Virus record (IMG/VR): IMGVR_UViG_3300020413_000003
Location: 1-64,000 of that record
Source: a virus
Lineage: Duplodnaviria > Caudoviricetes
DNA: 64,000 nt
Reading direction: 5' to 3' (one strand)
Below, one piece after another: positions 1 to 10,600 of the stretch. Within the stretch, counting starts at the first letter, position 1, and each line of letters opens with the position of its first letter. The notes beneath the pieces were generated by a model. That model had not been told where the DNA came from. It worked only from the letters and a program-made list of their open reading frames with translations, and did no database searches. The translations under genes were made by a program, and so were the position numbers.

Positions 1-27
1 CCTGCTCATGGCAGTGGTAAGGAACCT

Positions 28-282
28 ATGTATGGAAGCATGGGTAAGTCAACCAAACCAGATCCAAATCGTAAGGTAACATATCCATGTGTGATACATG
101 TAGTATGTCTTGACTCACATAACACTAGTTGGTTTTATAAAAGAGAGGACGGTACTTACTACTGGCATCACAGTCGTAAAGATAAGGATGATGTATTCGT
201 AGACGCAGATGAAATACAACTAGATTTTTTTGATGATCCTATCTTGTCCAGAGATTTTATAATGAAATCTATTTTTTACTGA
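28..282 (+). CDS. hypothetical phage protein (may start upstream of the window)
   Basis: ORF track. The frame is open back to position 1, so the true start is uncertain. Confidence 0.5.
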   Translation: MYGSMGKSTKPDPNRKVTYPCVIHVVCLDSHNTSWFYKREDGTYYWHHSRKDKDDVFVDADEIQLDFFDDPILSRDFIMKSIFY

Positions 283-356
283 TATATAATTTCACTTTTA
301 ATTCCCAAAATACCGCAAAAAAAATCCACCAAAATTTTTCGCGTGTAAGGTTTTTT
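283..356. repeat. ~73-bp intergenic A-tract element, copy 1
   Basis: TATATAATTTCACTTTTAATTCCCAAAATACCGCAAAAAAAATCC...TTTTTCGCGTGTAAGGTTTT aligns by eye with 12868-12940. Confidence 0.75.
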
Positions 357-1323
357 AGTAACCCCCGTAGCTACCAGAGGAACCAGAAGAAGAACTACTA
401 CTGCTACTTGAACTAGAACTACTTGAGCTGGAAGAAGTGCTGCTTGAGCTGGAAGAAGTTGTTGATGAGGATTCTGCTGCTGTAGCTGTTGAAGTTCCTG
501 CTATGGTAGTATTAGATGTATTAGTTGTGGTAACAGGTTCTGTATTAGCAACTGCAGTAACAGTAGAGGACTGTCCTGATCCTACTTGTACAGTTGTGCT
601 GCCAGGTCCGTTATCATATGATGTTACATTACCTACACTAGCATCTCTACTTACACTACCAGTAACATAACCTGCATTATCAAGGAAACGAGAAGACATA
701 TTTAAATCACTCTTCTTATTACCAAACTGATCTAGTTCTGAGTGAGGTTCGTATGCAATTACATCTTCAAACTCTGCTAGTATTAATTCTATTACAGGTG
801 GTGTAGGTAATTTTATAAGTCTTTTCTTTTCATTCAAATAATCTTCATACTCATAGTTTGTTACTGGATATATTGATTGCTGTTCACCTAGAGTAGAACC
901 ATCAGGTAGTACAGTTCTCCAAGTATCATTTACAGTTATCCCTGCTTCTAAAAATAGTTCTCCATTATATTCTGCTCTGACTGTTTCGTAATGATGAATA
1001 GAATCAGGATCTGAATACTTATTTCTAGTATATTCTTGTAGATCATTGATCTTCTTTGGCCACTCTTCATATACATCAGTAATATTGTTGACCATTAATA
1101 CCATCCAGTCTAAGAATGGATCATTGAAAAATGCTAGTGCAATATTAGCAGGTGTTTCATCTTCCCCCACTTCATATGCTTCTAGTAAAGTTACATACTG
1201 ATCTAAGTCTGCTCTAGTTTTTGCTCTTCTGAATATATTTTTGACAAGGCGATACTTAAAGTCTTCATCATCTCTGATGCCTTCGCCAACATATACATTA
1301 GGTAGATAAGAAAAGAATGCCAT
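355..1323 (-). CDS. gp53: baseplate wedge subunit gp53 with a long Ser/Thr-rich C-terminal tail
   Basis: FFSYLPN...VKNIFRR N-terminus, LysM-like ETPANIA..FFNDPFLDWMVLMVNNI, IHHYET, YEYE..LNEKKRLIKL; adjacent to gp48 and gp4. Confidence 0.88.
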   Translation of the reverse strand: MAFFSYLPNVYVGEGIRDDEDFKYRLVKNIFRRAKTRADLDQYVTLLEAYEVGEDETPANIALAFFNDPFLDWMVLMVNNITDVYEEWPKKINDLQEYTRNKYSDPDSIHHYETVRAEYNGELFLEAGITVNDTWRTVLPDGSTLGEQQSIYPVTNYEYEDYLNEKKRLIKLPTPPVIELILAEFEDVIAYEPHSELDQFGNKKSDLNMSSRFLDNAGYVTGSVSRDASVGNVTSYDNGPGSTTVQVGSGQSSTVTAVANTEPVTTTNTSNTTIAGTSTATAAESSSTTSSSSSSTSSSSSSSSSSSSSSSSSGSSGSYGGY

Positions 1324-2378
1324 TAGTAACCTGCTGCAACGTCCTGTTGTGTAAGTAGTCTAGTCTCTGTGAATGTTATAGTCATAACTATCGCAGGAGT
1401 ATCAACTGTTCTTTCATCTGGATTTTTAAGTGAAACGTATTGGTTGTCTGGTGTATAGTTAACATTAATACCTGTGCAGACTGAAGGATAGATCTTAAAC
1501 ATCAAATCTCTTCTTGATGATGGTTCAAGACTTGCAAGTGAACTTGTATTTGTACCGAAGCGAACGAATCTTAATTGATATCTATCTGGAACCTCGAAGA
1601 ATCTATTTTGATATGCATATCCTTCACTACCACTGAACGCAGGAGTTTTAAACCAGTCCTGATCGAAAGTCATCTTATCTCTTTCGTTAGTCTTACCATA
1701 CGCTTCAAACTTTTTATTCTTATTGATAAATTGTTTGTTGTAATCACCCGCAGCAATCTTTGGAACTGATCCTACTTTGATATAATCTATGATACTTTTA
1801 ACTTCTTGTGCCTCTCTTTTATTCCTTGATAGGAATTTGAATGCGAAGTTATGAGTTCTAAAACTCATACCTTGGAATATCTGTTCACTATATGGGTTGA
1901 ATATCTTACCACTCTGTAGTGATTGTATAGTATTAATATCTAACTGACCTTGAAGACCAACAAACTGGTTGAATCCATTGATCATTGAGAGTATAGCACC
2001 AGTAGAGAACTCAGGTAGTGCAGCAGCTGCAGCATCTTGTAATGTTCCTGCCATTGCAGTGAAGTCTTTACCGTCACCTAGTAGTCCCATTGCTGCAACA
2101 CCAGACACACCAACGTCTGCTCTTCTATATGCAGGAGCATATTGTGTTGTAATTTGTGGAGGTATAGCAATGTAACACCTGTCTGGGTGTGCAATTATTG
2201 TTTGTTGATTACCTGGTGTGCGTCTATCGTAGAACGCAGGAACTTGTTTATCATCATACTTAAATCTTTCACGTCTAATCATTAGGTAATCGGTTGCATC
2301 AGTAGGCATATCTGCTGCCTTACCACCGTGTTGAGACCTAGTAGCTGGTAATCTGTATGGATATCTATAAACGCTCAA
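1323..2378 (-). CDS. gp48: baseplate tail-tube cap gp48
   Basis: IFNPYSEQIFQGMSFRTHNFAFKF, VCTGINVNYTPD and MTITFTET motifs; TTG start; synteny with gp53 and gp4. Confidence 0.85.
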   Translation of the reverse strand: MSVYRYPYRLPATRSQHGGKAADMPTDATDYLMIRRERFKYDDKQVPAFYDRRTPGNQQTIIAHPDRCYIAIPPQITTQYAPAYRRADVGVSGVAAMGLLGDGKDFTAMAGTLQDAAAAALPEFSTGAILSMINGFNQFVGLQGQLDINTIQSLQSGKIFNPYSEQIFQGMSFRTHNFAFKFLSRNKREAQEVKSIIDYIKVGSVPKIAAGDYNKQFINKNKKFEAYGKTNERDKMTFDQDWFKTPAFSGSEGYAYQNRFFEVPDRYQLRFVRFGTNTSSLASLEPSSRRDLMFKIYPSVCTGINVNYTPDNQYVSLKNPDERTVDTPAIVMTITFTETRLLTQQDVAAGY

Positions 2379-2386
2379 TTTTTTAC

Positions 2387-2418
2387 CTAAATAGTCTGTG
2401 AACTCATGTATTATTTAT
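2387..2418. promoter_or_regulatory. divergent T4-type late promoters
   Basis: CTAAATA on + (2387-2393) toward gp4; TATTTAT at 2412-2418 reads ATAAATA on - toward gp48. Confidence 0.6.
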
Positions 2419-2836
2419 GAGGTATCAAGGAAAATACCGTCCTACCTTTCCCAAAAAGTACAAAGGTGATTATCATAACATTATTTATAGGTCTTCATGG
2501 GAATATAAGTTTATGGTATGGTGTGATAGATCATCTTCTGTCACAGAATGGGGTAGTGAAGAGATTATTGTCCCGTATACATCACCTGCTGATGGTCGTC
2601 GGCACAGATACTTTCCAGATTTCTATTTAAAAATAGGAAGGAAAAAGTATATGGTTGAGGTAAAACCTTTGAATCAAACAAAGGAACCTAAGAAACAAAA
2701 TAGAAATACAAAGAGGTATATCACAGAGGTCGTCACTTATGCTATTAATCAAGCAAAATGGAAGGCAGCTAGAGAGTATTGTAAAGATCGTGGATGGCAA
2801 TTCATGTTAATAACAGAAAAGGAGCTTAAAGTATAA
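2417..2836 (+). CDS. gp4: head completion protein gp4 (TnsA-like endonuclease fold)
   Basis: KYKGD..IIYRSSWE.KFM.WCD, WGSEE, YFPDF, EVKP and NQAKWKAA motifs. Confidence 0.92.
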   Translation: MRYQGKYRPTFPKKYKGDYHNIIYRSSWEYKFMVWCDRSSSVTEWGSEEIIVPYTSPADGRRHRYFPDFYLKIGRKKYMVEVKPLNQTKEPKKQNRNTKRYITEVVTYAINQAKWKAAREYCKDRGWQFMLITEKELKV

Positions 2837-3729
2837 TGATAGGAAATCTTATTGGTAATTTATTCCAAAATATAGGTCCTGCATTTGATCAGACGCTACA
2901 AGAATATGCTAACATGTTCAACGGTGTTGCATACGATGTTCCTAATCAACAAGACGCTAGAGATAGTTCTTTCCAAGAGTTTATTGCATTCTCTAGGAAG
3001 ATGTCTAACAATCCTAGTTACACCAACATGTACTCGGTGCATTTTCTTACACCGTCAATGTTTGGTAGTAAACCAGGTTTTTCTTTAGGTGCTAATGATG
3101 AGCAGTTCTTATTAGATTACTATTGTGATAGTGTAAACCTACCTAGTAAACAGATGGCTACTGGTCAACTGGTAACACAAGGTTCACCTCATAGATATGT
3201 GACTGGAACTAATTTCAGTCAAGTTAGTATGACATTTAAAATGCCAGCTAACTCTAAGACAAGAACAATATTTGAACGATGGTTATCCTTCGCAAGAAAT
3301 GATGCAGATCAATATGTAGATTACTATGACAATTACTGTGCACCTACAGTAAGAATCTTCAAGTGGGAGAGAGGAGGAGGAAAGAACTTTAGTATATGGG
3401 GTAACGATGCTTGGAGTGCGAACGTTAATAAACTAAGTTACAACCAAGGATGGCTTGGTACTCCACAAAGAAACCGTATCACTGCTATGTGGGAGTTGAG
3501 ACAAGTCTTTCCATTCAACATAGGTTCAACTCAGTTGAATAACATGGAGTCAAGAGTTAATACACTGACTGTAGGATTCTATTTTGAACGGTATAGATAC
3601 TATGTTCCACAGTATACTGATTGGGGTGACGCGAATGCACAAATTCCTGGTGACCCTCAACATAACCCTGCAAAAGCCGACGCAAGAAACGTAGTTGGCA
3701 GAGGAAACTGGATCACATATAACTTTTAG
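2836..3729 (+). CDS. baseplate/tail-tube initiator-like protein (gp54/gp19 fold)
   Basis: CDSVNLPSKQ, MTF, R.IFERW, YYDNY, FPFNIG, LTVGFYFE pattern of the tail-tube fold; lies between gp4 and gp26. Confidence 0.65.
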   Translation: MIGNLIGNLFQNIGPAFDQTLQEYANMFNGVAYDVPNQQDARDSSFQEFIAFSRKMSNNPSYTNMYSVHFLTPSMFGSKPGFSLGANDEQFLLDYYCDSVNLPSKQMATGQLVTQGSPHRYVTGTNFSQVSMTFKMPANSKTRTIFERWLSFARNDADQYVDYYDNYCAPTVRIFKWERGGGKNFSIWGNDAWSANVNKLSYNQGWLGTPQRNRITAMWELRQVFPFNIGSTQLNNMESRVNTLTVGFYFERYRYYVPQYTDWGDANAQIPGDPQHNPAKADARNVVGRGNWITYNF

Positions 3730-3737
3730 GAACCCTC

Positions 3738-3744
3738 CTAAATA
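3738..3744 (+). promoter_or_regulatory. late promoter
   Basis: CTAAATA about 22 nt before the gp26 ATG. Confidence 0.55.
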
Positions 3745-3766
3745 ATTGTACTGAATTGAAATTATT

Positions 3767-4477
3767 ATGGCATTACCGACCTTAGTAACACCAAAGTTTA
3801 AAATGAAACTACCGTCAGACGGTAGAGTAGTAAACTTTAGACCATTCCTTGTTAAAGAAGAGAAAGTTCTATTGATTGCTACTGAGACTGGAAACCAAGA
3901 TAGTATTGTAAATGCTATTAAAGATATTATTGGTGCATGCACTGATATTAAAGATGTAGAAGCACTACCAACATTTGATATTGAATTTGTATTCTTACAA
4001 ATCAGAACCAAGTCTGTTGGTGAGAGTGTGGAAGTAGGTGTAACTTGCCCTGACGATGAGGAAACACAAGTCGAAGTTAAGATACCATTAGACTCTATTA
4101 AAGTTATTAAAACTAAGGGTCATAACAAAGAAATTAAAATGTCTGATGAGGTTTTAATTACTATGTCTTATCCAAGTCTTGATACCTTTGTTAAGGCTAA
4201 CTTCACAGAGAATCAACAGGACGTTGATCAAGTCTTTGACATGGCAGCAAGTTGCGTTGCAACAATCACAACCCCAGATGAGGTACATGATTGTAAGACA
4301 CTTCCAAAGAAAGAAGTTCTAGAATTCTTAGATCAAATGAGTTCTGCTCAGTTTAAGAAAGTTCAAGACTTTTTTGAGACTATGCCTAAGTTGTCTCATA
4401 AATTAAAGGTTACTAATCCCAAAACAAAAGTAGTAAGTGACGTGACACTAGAAGGATTAGCATCTTTTTTCGGATAG
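3767..4477 (+). CDS. gp26: baseplate hub assembly protein gp26
   Basis: MALP...FRPFLVKEEKVLLIA, FDIEFVFLQIRTKSVGE, FFETMPKL, LEGLASFF. Confidence 0.92.
   Translation: MALPTLVTPKFKMKLPSDGRVVNFRPFLVKEEKVLLIATETGNQDSIVNAIKDIIGACTDIKDVEALPTFDIEFVFLQIRTKSVGESVEVGVTCPDDEETQVEVKIPLDSIKVIKTKGHNKEIKMSDEVLITMSYPSLDTFVKANFTENQQDVDQVFDMAASCVATITTPDEVHDCKTLPKKEVLEFLDQMSSAQFKKVQDFFETMPKLSHKLKVTNPKTKVVSDVTLEGLASFFG
4465..4471 (+). other. candidate -1 ribosomal frameshift slippery heptamer T TTT TTC
   Basis: X XXY YYZ pattern in the gp26 frame just before its TAG; the -1 frame is the gp51-like ORF. Confidence 0.7.
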
Positions 4478-4674
4478 CCCTTCTCCATAATAACCTTCGG
4501 GCTTATTATGATACCAATTTTGCTCTGATACATCATCATAAATGGCATATAGAACACATTGAAAACCTTATGCCTTGGGAGAAGGAAATCTATGTGACTA
4601 TGTTAATCGACTTCCTTAAGGAAGAAGAGAAAAGAATGAAGGATCAACAAGCAGCTCAACAAGCAAGTGGCTAA
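4465..4674 (+). CDS. gp51: gp51-like baseplate hub assembly chaperone, probably expressed as a gp26-gp51 frameshift fusion (not in ORF track)
   Basis: Translates as FFRIALLHNNLRAYYDTNFALIHHHKWHIEHIENLMPWEKEIYVTMLIDFLKEEEKRMKDQQAAQQASG*, matching the gp51 YY.TNFAL..HHK....IEN.MPWE.EIY pattern. No ATG/GTG/TTG between the in-frame TGA at 4438 and the internal MPW. Confidence 0.8.
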   Translation, partial: FFRIALLHNNLRAYYDTNFALIHHHKWHIEHIENLMPWEKEIYVTMLIDFLKEEEKRMKDQQAAQQASG

Positions 4675-7600
4675 CCCAAAAATAAATCCTTATAAATTAG
4701 TTAATCCTAGCGGATCAGGAAAGAATACTTTAGCATCCAACGGTCCTAGGACTAACCTGCTTGCAATTAATCGCCTTGGTAAAACTGTCAACAGTATAGG
4801 GCTAGTAGTAAAAGATCTCCATACTATATCATTGTCATCTATCAAAGTTGATAAGATGAGAGAGGTTGCTGAACGTCGTAGACTACAGCGTGAAAGAGAT
4901 CAGAGGAATGAGGATGAGTTTGAAAGACAGAATGCCTTAAAGGGTAAAGGTCTTAAGAAGATTAAGAACGTAAAGAAACCTAAGAAGAGTCTTGTAAGTA
5001 AGTTAGTAGATTCTTTGTTTGGAGGATTACAAGGACTCTTAATGGGTGCTATGCAATTCCTTGCTAGTCTAGGAAGTTTTTTAGTAACGAAGGGAATATT
5101 AGAATACATTGGTAATAGAGAGAACATACATAAGACTGCTGTATTCATAGAGAAATTAAGTTTTGTTGTTAAGAAGTTATATGGTTTTGCTAAGGGTAGT
5201 GTTAATAAAATAATGGATGGATTCTCTGCCCTCGTTGGTAATGATAGTACATTCTTTGGTAGGTTAAAAGGTTTAGGGACATTATTATTAGGGATAGTAG
5301 GACTAGGAGCATTGTTAAATCCATTTGGATTGATGGATTCTATCCTCAGTATGTTGAATCTGGATTTCTATAATCCAAATAGAAATACTCGTAGCAAAGG
5401 TTCTAGTACAAGTGGAACAAACACGGGAAGATCAGGTCCTACTCCTAAGTGGAAGAAGATAACAAAGACTAGCCAAAACGTAGCTAGAAGATTTGGTAAG
5501 AATGGTAGTACAGTATATCGAGATGCACTTAAGCAAGGATTAACCGAAGCGGAAGCACTCAAGAGAGTAAACAGACTAGCAAGAAATAATCCATCAGCAT
5601 TTAAAGCACCACCTAAAACAACAGGTTTAAGTCCTAAAGGAGCACCAGCTGGTAAAGTTTTTAGTAAAGGACTGGGCAGAGGAGTGGGTCGTGGTGCTCT
5701 GAAGTTTCTTGGTAAAAGTAATGTCAAGATGCTTGGTAAAGTATTCCAAAATACTTTCGGTAGGATACCTATCTTTGGTGCATTATTAACAGGGGTATTC
5801 TCAGTATTAAATGGTGATGGATGGAAGCAAGCAATATTTAAGACAGTAGGTTCTGCTGTTGGTGGTGCACTTGGAACTTTGATTCCTATACCAGGTATAG
5901 GATCACTCATTGGTATGATGGGTGGTGAGTATGTTGGTGAGTTATTATATCTTGGATTCAATCCTGATGTACCAGGTGGAGGATGGAAAGGAGCAGGTAA
6001 AAAGTTAAGAGATGATCTTAAAGGTCTCTTCAATAACTTCACTAAGATGCTTGGTTGGATTAGTAAAGGTTGGGGTAGATTCTATGCAGGAATACCTAAA
6101 GTAAAGATACCAGATTTTCCTAAAGATCCCCCTGATTGGATACCAAAATGGATCCTAGGAAGAAATAAAATTTGGGGTGGTGCTAAACTAGCCATAAAGG
6201 CAATGATGGGACCTATGTCCATGATGTTAGGTAAGTCTATACCTAATGTCTTCTGGATGTTGAACCTAAAGAATAATACATTCCCATTATTCCATAAAGC
6301 ATTCTTCAAAGGTCAAACAACTAACGCAGGTGAAACATCTGGCGAAGCAATGAAGGGTGTAGTAGGTGACGGAGAAGGAGAGTCTACTTCATCATCTACA
6401 GTAGCAGGAACAGCATCTAACACTCCTCAAGGTAAACCCATACGTAATAAACGTGGAAGAATTATAGGGTATGATACTGGAGAACCAAAACCAGATCCAG
6501 TATTAGTTGCTCCACCTAAGAAGAATGAACGTGGGTCAGGTGCTAAGAATAAAGGAATGTTTGATTGGGGTAGTTTATCATATTCAAACAAACCTTTTGT
6601 ACCTCAAAAAGATTACAAAGGTGTAGAGACTGACAACGAAAGGTATGGTGACACAATGCCAGAGGGTGCCTTTGGTATTGGATCTAAGAAAACAGATAAG
6701 AAAGCACAGAAGACTAAGAGTTGGTGGAACCCATTCAGTTGGGAAACAGGTGGTAAGTTAGTAAGACAACTACCACGACTAACAACTAAACAGTATTTTA
6801 TAGGTAAGATATTTAAAGGCATCACAAAGGCTGTTAGTGGTGTAGTTAAAGGAATAGGAAATGCAGTCGGTGGTATTATGAGTTCACCTATCGGTAGTCT
6901 TTTAGGAACAGTTGTTCCATTTGTTTTCCCTGCTGCTGCACCATTCATGGGTGCTATTAAAGCCATAGGTGCTGCTGCATCTGGTGATATATTTGGTGCA
7001 ATTACTGGTGGTATCGGTGCTCTAGGTGGTATGTTCCCTGGTACCTTCGGTGGTATGTCTGATGCCTTCAGTGGTTTTATGCAAAATAATCCACTAGGAC
7101 AAGCACTTGGTGGGTTTATGCAGGGAGGTATTGGTGGAGCATTAGGTGGATTGATGGGCGGTCTTGGCTCAATATTACCAGAAGGTGTAACAGGAATGCT
7201 TAATAAGTTCGGTGGGTTCATGAAAAAGTTCCCAGCCGTAGGTGGACTGATTGGTATGATACCTGGTGTTGCTAACGTACCAGGTTTGTCTCAGTTATTT
7301 GGTCTAGATTCCTTTGGTGCACATGGTTTTTCACCAATGGGATTGATAGGTAACATCGCAGACAGTATGGGATTTGGTGGTCTGTTTAGAACTTTAACAG
7401 GCATGATGGGGACTGGTGGTCCAGGTGGTCTTATGAATGGTTTAAGAGAGATGGCAGCTGAATTGGGTGTCAAACCAGAGGTTCTTGGTGTCATGTCTGG
7501 ACAAAGAGGATCGATGACTCAGAAGAATAAGAATTTATCTAGAGAATATGCTATGCAATCATCTCTAGAGTTTATCCCTGTTCCTATGTTGTTAGAGAAG

Positions 7601-7675
7601 TTAACAGAGATCCAAACTCCAGTTCCAATACCAAGAATGGTTCCTGTTCCTATGCCACAGCAAGCACAAGCATAA
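4667..7675 (+). CDS. tape-measure-like/baseplate hub protein, paralogue 1 (1002 aa)
   Basis: Long Gly/Ala-rich amphipathic protein with a GGALGTLIPIPGIG motif, directly after gp26/gp51; GTG start overlaps the gp51 3' end. Confidence 0.7.
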   Translation: MANPKINPYKLVNPSGSGKNTLASNGPRTNLLAINRLGKTVNSIGLVVKDLHTISLSSIKVDKMREVAERRRLQRERDQRNEDEFERQNALKGKGLKKIKNVKKPKKSLVSKLVDSLFGGLQGLLMGAMQFLASLGSFLVTKGILEYIGNRENIHKTAVFIEKLSFVVKKLYGFAKGSVNKIMDGFSALVGNDSTFFGRLKGLGTLLLGIVGLGALLNPFGLMDSILSMLNLDFYNPNRNTRSKGSSTSGTNTGRSGPTPKWKKITKTSQNVARRFGKNGSTVYRDALKQGLTEAEALKRVNRLARNNPSAFKAPPKTTGLSPKGAPAGKVFSKGLGRGVGRGALKFLGKSNVKMLGKVFQNTFGRIPIFGALLTGVFSVLNGDGWKQAIFKTVGSAVGGALGTLIPIPGIGSLIGMMGGEYVGELLYLGFNPDVPGGGWKGAGKKLRDDLKGLFNNFTKMLGWISKGWGRFYAGIPKVKIPDFPKDPPDWIPKWILGRNKIWGGAKLAIKAMMGPMSMMLGKSIPNVFWMLNLKNNTFPLFHKAFFKGQTTNAGETSGEAMKGVVGDGEGESTSSSTVAGTASNTPQGKPIRNKRGRIIGYDTGEPKPDPVLVAPPKKNERGSGAKNKGMFDWGSLSYSNKPFVPQKDYKGVETDNERYGDTMPEGAFGIGSKKTDKKAQKTKSWWNPFSWETGGKLVRQLPRLTTKQYFIGKIFKGITKAVSGVVKGIGNAVGGIMSSPIGSLLGTVVPFVFPAAAPFMGAIKAIGAAASGDIFGAITGGIGALGGMFPGTFGGMSDAFSGFMQNNPLGQALGGFMQGGIGGALGGLMGGLGSILPEGVTGMLNKFGGFMKKFPAVGGLIGMIPGVANVPGLSQLFGLDSFGAHGFSPMGLIGNIADSMGFGGLFRTLTGMMGTGGPGGLMNGLREMAAELGVKPEVLGVMSGQRGSMTQKNKNLSREYAMQSSLEFIPVPMLLEKLTEIQTPVPIPRMVPVPMPQQAQA

Positions 7676-7681
7676 TAAATA
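7675..7681 (+). promoter_or_regulatory. late promoter
   Basis: ATAAATA at the gene junction. Confidence 0.5.
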
Positions 7682-7687
7682 ATCCGT

Positions 7688-10600
7688 ATGGCAATATCTA
7701 AAGATACTAAAATAAACGTTTACAAGATGATCTCTCCCAACATTGGGAAGTCAGCTGCAGCTGGTGCTGCAGATAAAGCATCTGCAAACTATCAGATGAA
7801 GACTGTTCAAGCATTTAATAATCTTGGTGGTGTTCTTAATTCTATTGGTGGTGTTGTTGCTGATATAAAAAAGATAGAATTAAAAAGATTACAAGACGAA
7901 AAGAAAAGAATAAAACAATTTGATCCCAAGTACACTAAGGTAGAGAAACCTAAGTTTGCATCCTTTGTTAGTGATTTCATTGGTAGGAACGCACCTAATT
8001 TCTTAGAAGGTTTATTAAAAATATTCACTGGGTTTATTAAACTTGCAATCATTAAACCTGCACTAGAGTGGTTAGCGGATAAGAATAATCAACAGAAGAT
8101 TAAGAATACTATAGAAACTATCTTCAAGTTCCTAAAATTTGTTACGACATTCATATCGAAACGACTGACGGGACTGATGGACGGGTTGTATGATCTCTTA
8201 CGGGATGATGCTACATGGTGGGAAAGACTCACGGGATTTGCCAAATCGTTTATACATTTGGGTGCTCTCTTTGTAGGTATTAGATGGTTGACTAATCCTG
8301 TTAAGTTAATCAAGGATGTTAGAGGTGTTCTAACAGTATTCTATAGATCATTAACTAGATTCTCTAAAGGATTAAAAACTAGAGGAAGATTTCCTGGTGG
8401 ATGGAAAGGTAAAGTATTATCAGGTGCAGTAGTAACAGGTGCTGCAGCATGGGGTATTAATAAGGCAGTAAATGTTAATGATGAAGAGGAGATGGCTTAT
8501 GGCGGTTATCGTCAGAAAAAATTACCTGAGTTTGCTACTGGTGGTTGGATCTCTGGTCCTGACTCAGGTTATCCTGTTTCTACAAGTCCTGGTGGTGGTA
8601 GTCCTGAGTTTATAGGTCATGGAACTGAGTACGTAGCGAAGAAAAATACTGGTGAGAGTTTTGTTATACCATTCAATAACTTTGCTACAAAAGCAATGCC
8701 TGGTTTGACTGAAGCAAACATGATGACTGCTTCATCTCTTGGGTTTGATATGCCACGACTTAATGATAAGCAATTCTTCTTAGGTAAGATGTTTAGTGGT
8801 GCCAAGAATCTATTCTCAGGAAAGACTTGGGGTGGTGCTAATACAGGATCAGGTAGAACTGGTGGATTTGGAGCAGGAACATATGGTAGTGGTCGTCCAA
8901 GTGACGGAGCAAGTAAAGGTCCTGGTATGAATGCAGGATGGCAAGGTAGACTCATGCAGAGTTTACCTCAAATAGGTAGTGCAGTATTTGGTAATAAAGG
9001 TGGTGCTATTGGTGGTGCTATCTCAACTATCTTTGGTGGACAAGGTTCTGGTGAAGGTGGTAAAGCAACTGGTATGGATATCATAAGAGGTATCGGTGGT
9101 GTTGCGAGTCAGTTTCTAGAACCAGGTAGTAAGGGAGCAAACATACTTAATACTGTTGGTGGTCTTGCTGGTACAATGTTCGGACAAGGCACTGAAGGGA
9201 TGTCCTTTGGTCAAAGACTTGGACATCTAGGAAAAGATTTCTTAGGTAGATTCGGTAACAACATGCTAGGTCAGATGACTGGCATGGATGGTGCAGGTCT
9301 TAACCAAGCACTTGGTAATATATTGGGTGCAACTCAAGGTGCAGGTGGTAAGAGAGGTGCAGATCAGAAACTTGTAGGTGGTGGACAACAAGCAGTAGTA
9401 GAAGCAGGTCGTGGATTCTTGAACCAAGGATACACAGTCTTCAATCATCCTAATTTTAAAAATAACAAATGGAGAAAGGGACCTCCTAATAAATCAGGAT
9501 ATGATGCTGCAGCTAGACAGAGAAGTGGTAAAGGTGGTCTCTATGATAAAGGATTAGCATTTGATGTTGGATACTTTGGTAAGGGTAATAGAGATGCTCA
9601 GTTACAGAACGTTGCTAACATGGCATACGGTAACAAGAAAGGATTAAAATTAACTTCTATTATTGGTGACATCTGGGGTAAATGGATCTTTGGTGGCACT
9701 AAGAAACCACCAGGTTCTTATGGTGTAAGAAATAAAATCCAAATGGGATTTGGTGACAGCCAAGTAGCAGGTAGTGGTGATATTGGTATGTCTGGAAGTG
9801 AGTTAGAAAGAATGAAAAAGGTCATCGCAATAAAGAGTGGTGGTGATCCAGATCAAATGGCAGTTACTGCTAGAAGTTTATTCAATCAGGCAAGTATGGG
9901 TACTGGAACTACCATGCAGTCTATGACTGATATACTTAATTCTCTTGGTGTCAATGAGAACATGACACTCAATCCTAATGTTGCGAATAAGGCGAACAAA
10001 GCAATATCAGCCTCTATGGATGATAAGTGGATGAGTGGTATGCTAGGCAGGAAAGGGTTCTCAGAACCTCAATCAATGGCATTGCTTAACTCCACTGGAT
10101 TTGGTAAGGGTATCTATTCTAGTAAGTCAGGTGCATCTAGTATAAAATTTGGTAATACTGTATTCAATACAGAAGACAATAAGTTCTTCAATACTTTCAT
10201 GAAGAACAGTGACTTAGGTATTGCAAATGGTAATAATCCGATGTTCCCTTCTAGAGCAGAGACAGATACTAAGAAGAAAAAGAATCAACGTGGTTCAGCA
10301 TTTGCATCTCAGACAATGTATAGTCCTTCTTCAGCAGGTCCTGCAAGTTCTGGTAATATGGGTAGTGGTAGTATATTAGGAGGTCCTTCAAATTCTGGTG
10401 GACAACAGGCAGGTGCTAAAGATACTAAGAGAGAAGAATCTTATGCTTTACAGAAGGTATATAAAGATAGAGCATACTCTAGAGAGCAGATTTCAGAAAG
10501 AACAAGGAGACTTGTTGCAGAAACTATGGCTGCTGTCGAAGCACACAACGCTTCAGTAAGAGCAAACGTTGCTGCTGCAGCATCAGCAGTTGAAAAGATG

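Noticed and set aside
3550-4011. 153-aa minus-strand ORF across the 2836/gp26 junction
   Set aside because: Antisense to two well-supported structural genes, with no motif support.
4900-9448. Minus-strand ORFs inside the tape-measure genes (e.g. 5368-6042, 6613-7221)
   Set aside because: Pro-rich antisense shadows of Gly-rich codons, with no RBS or recognisable motifs.
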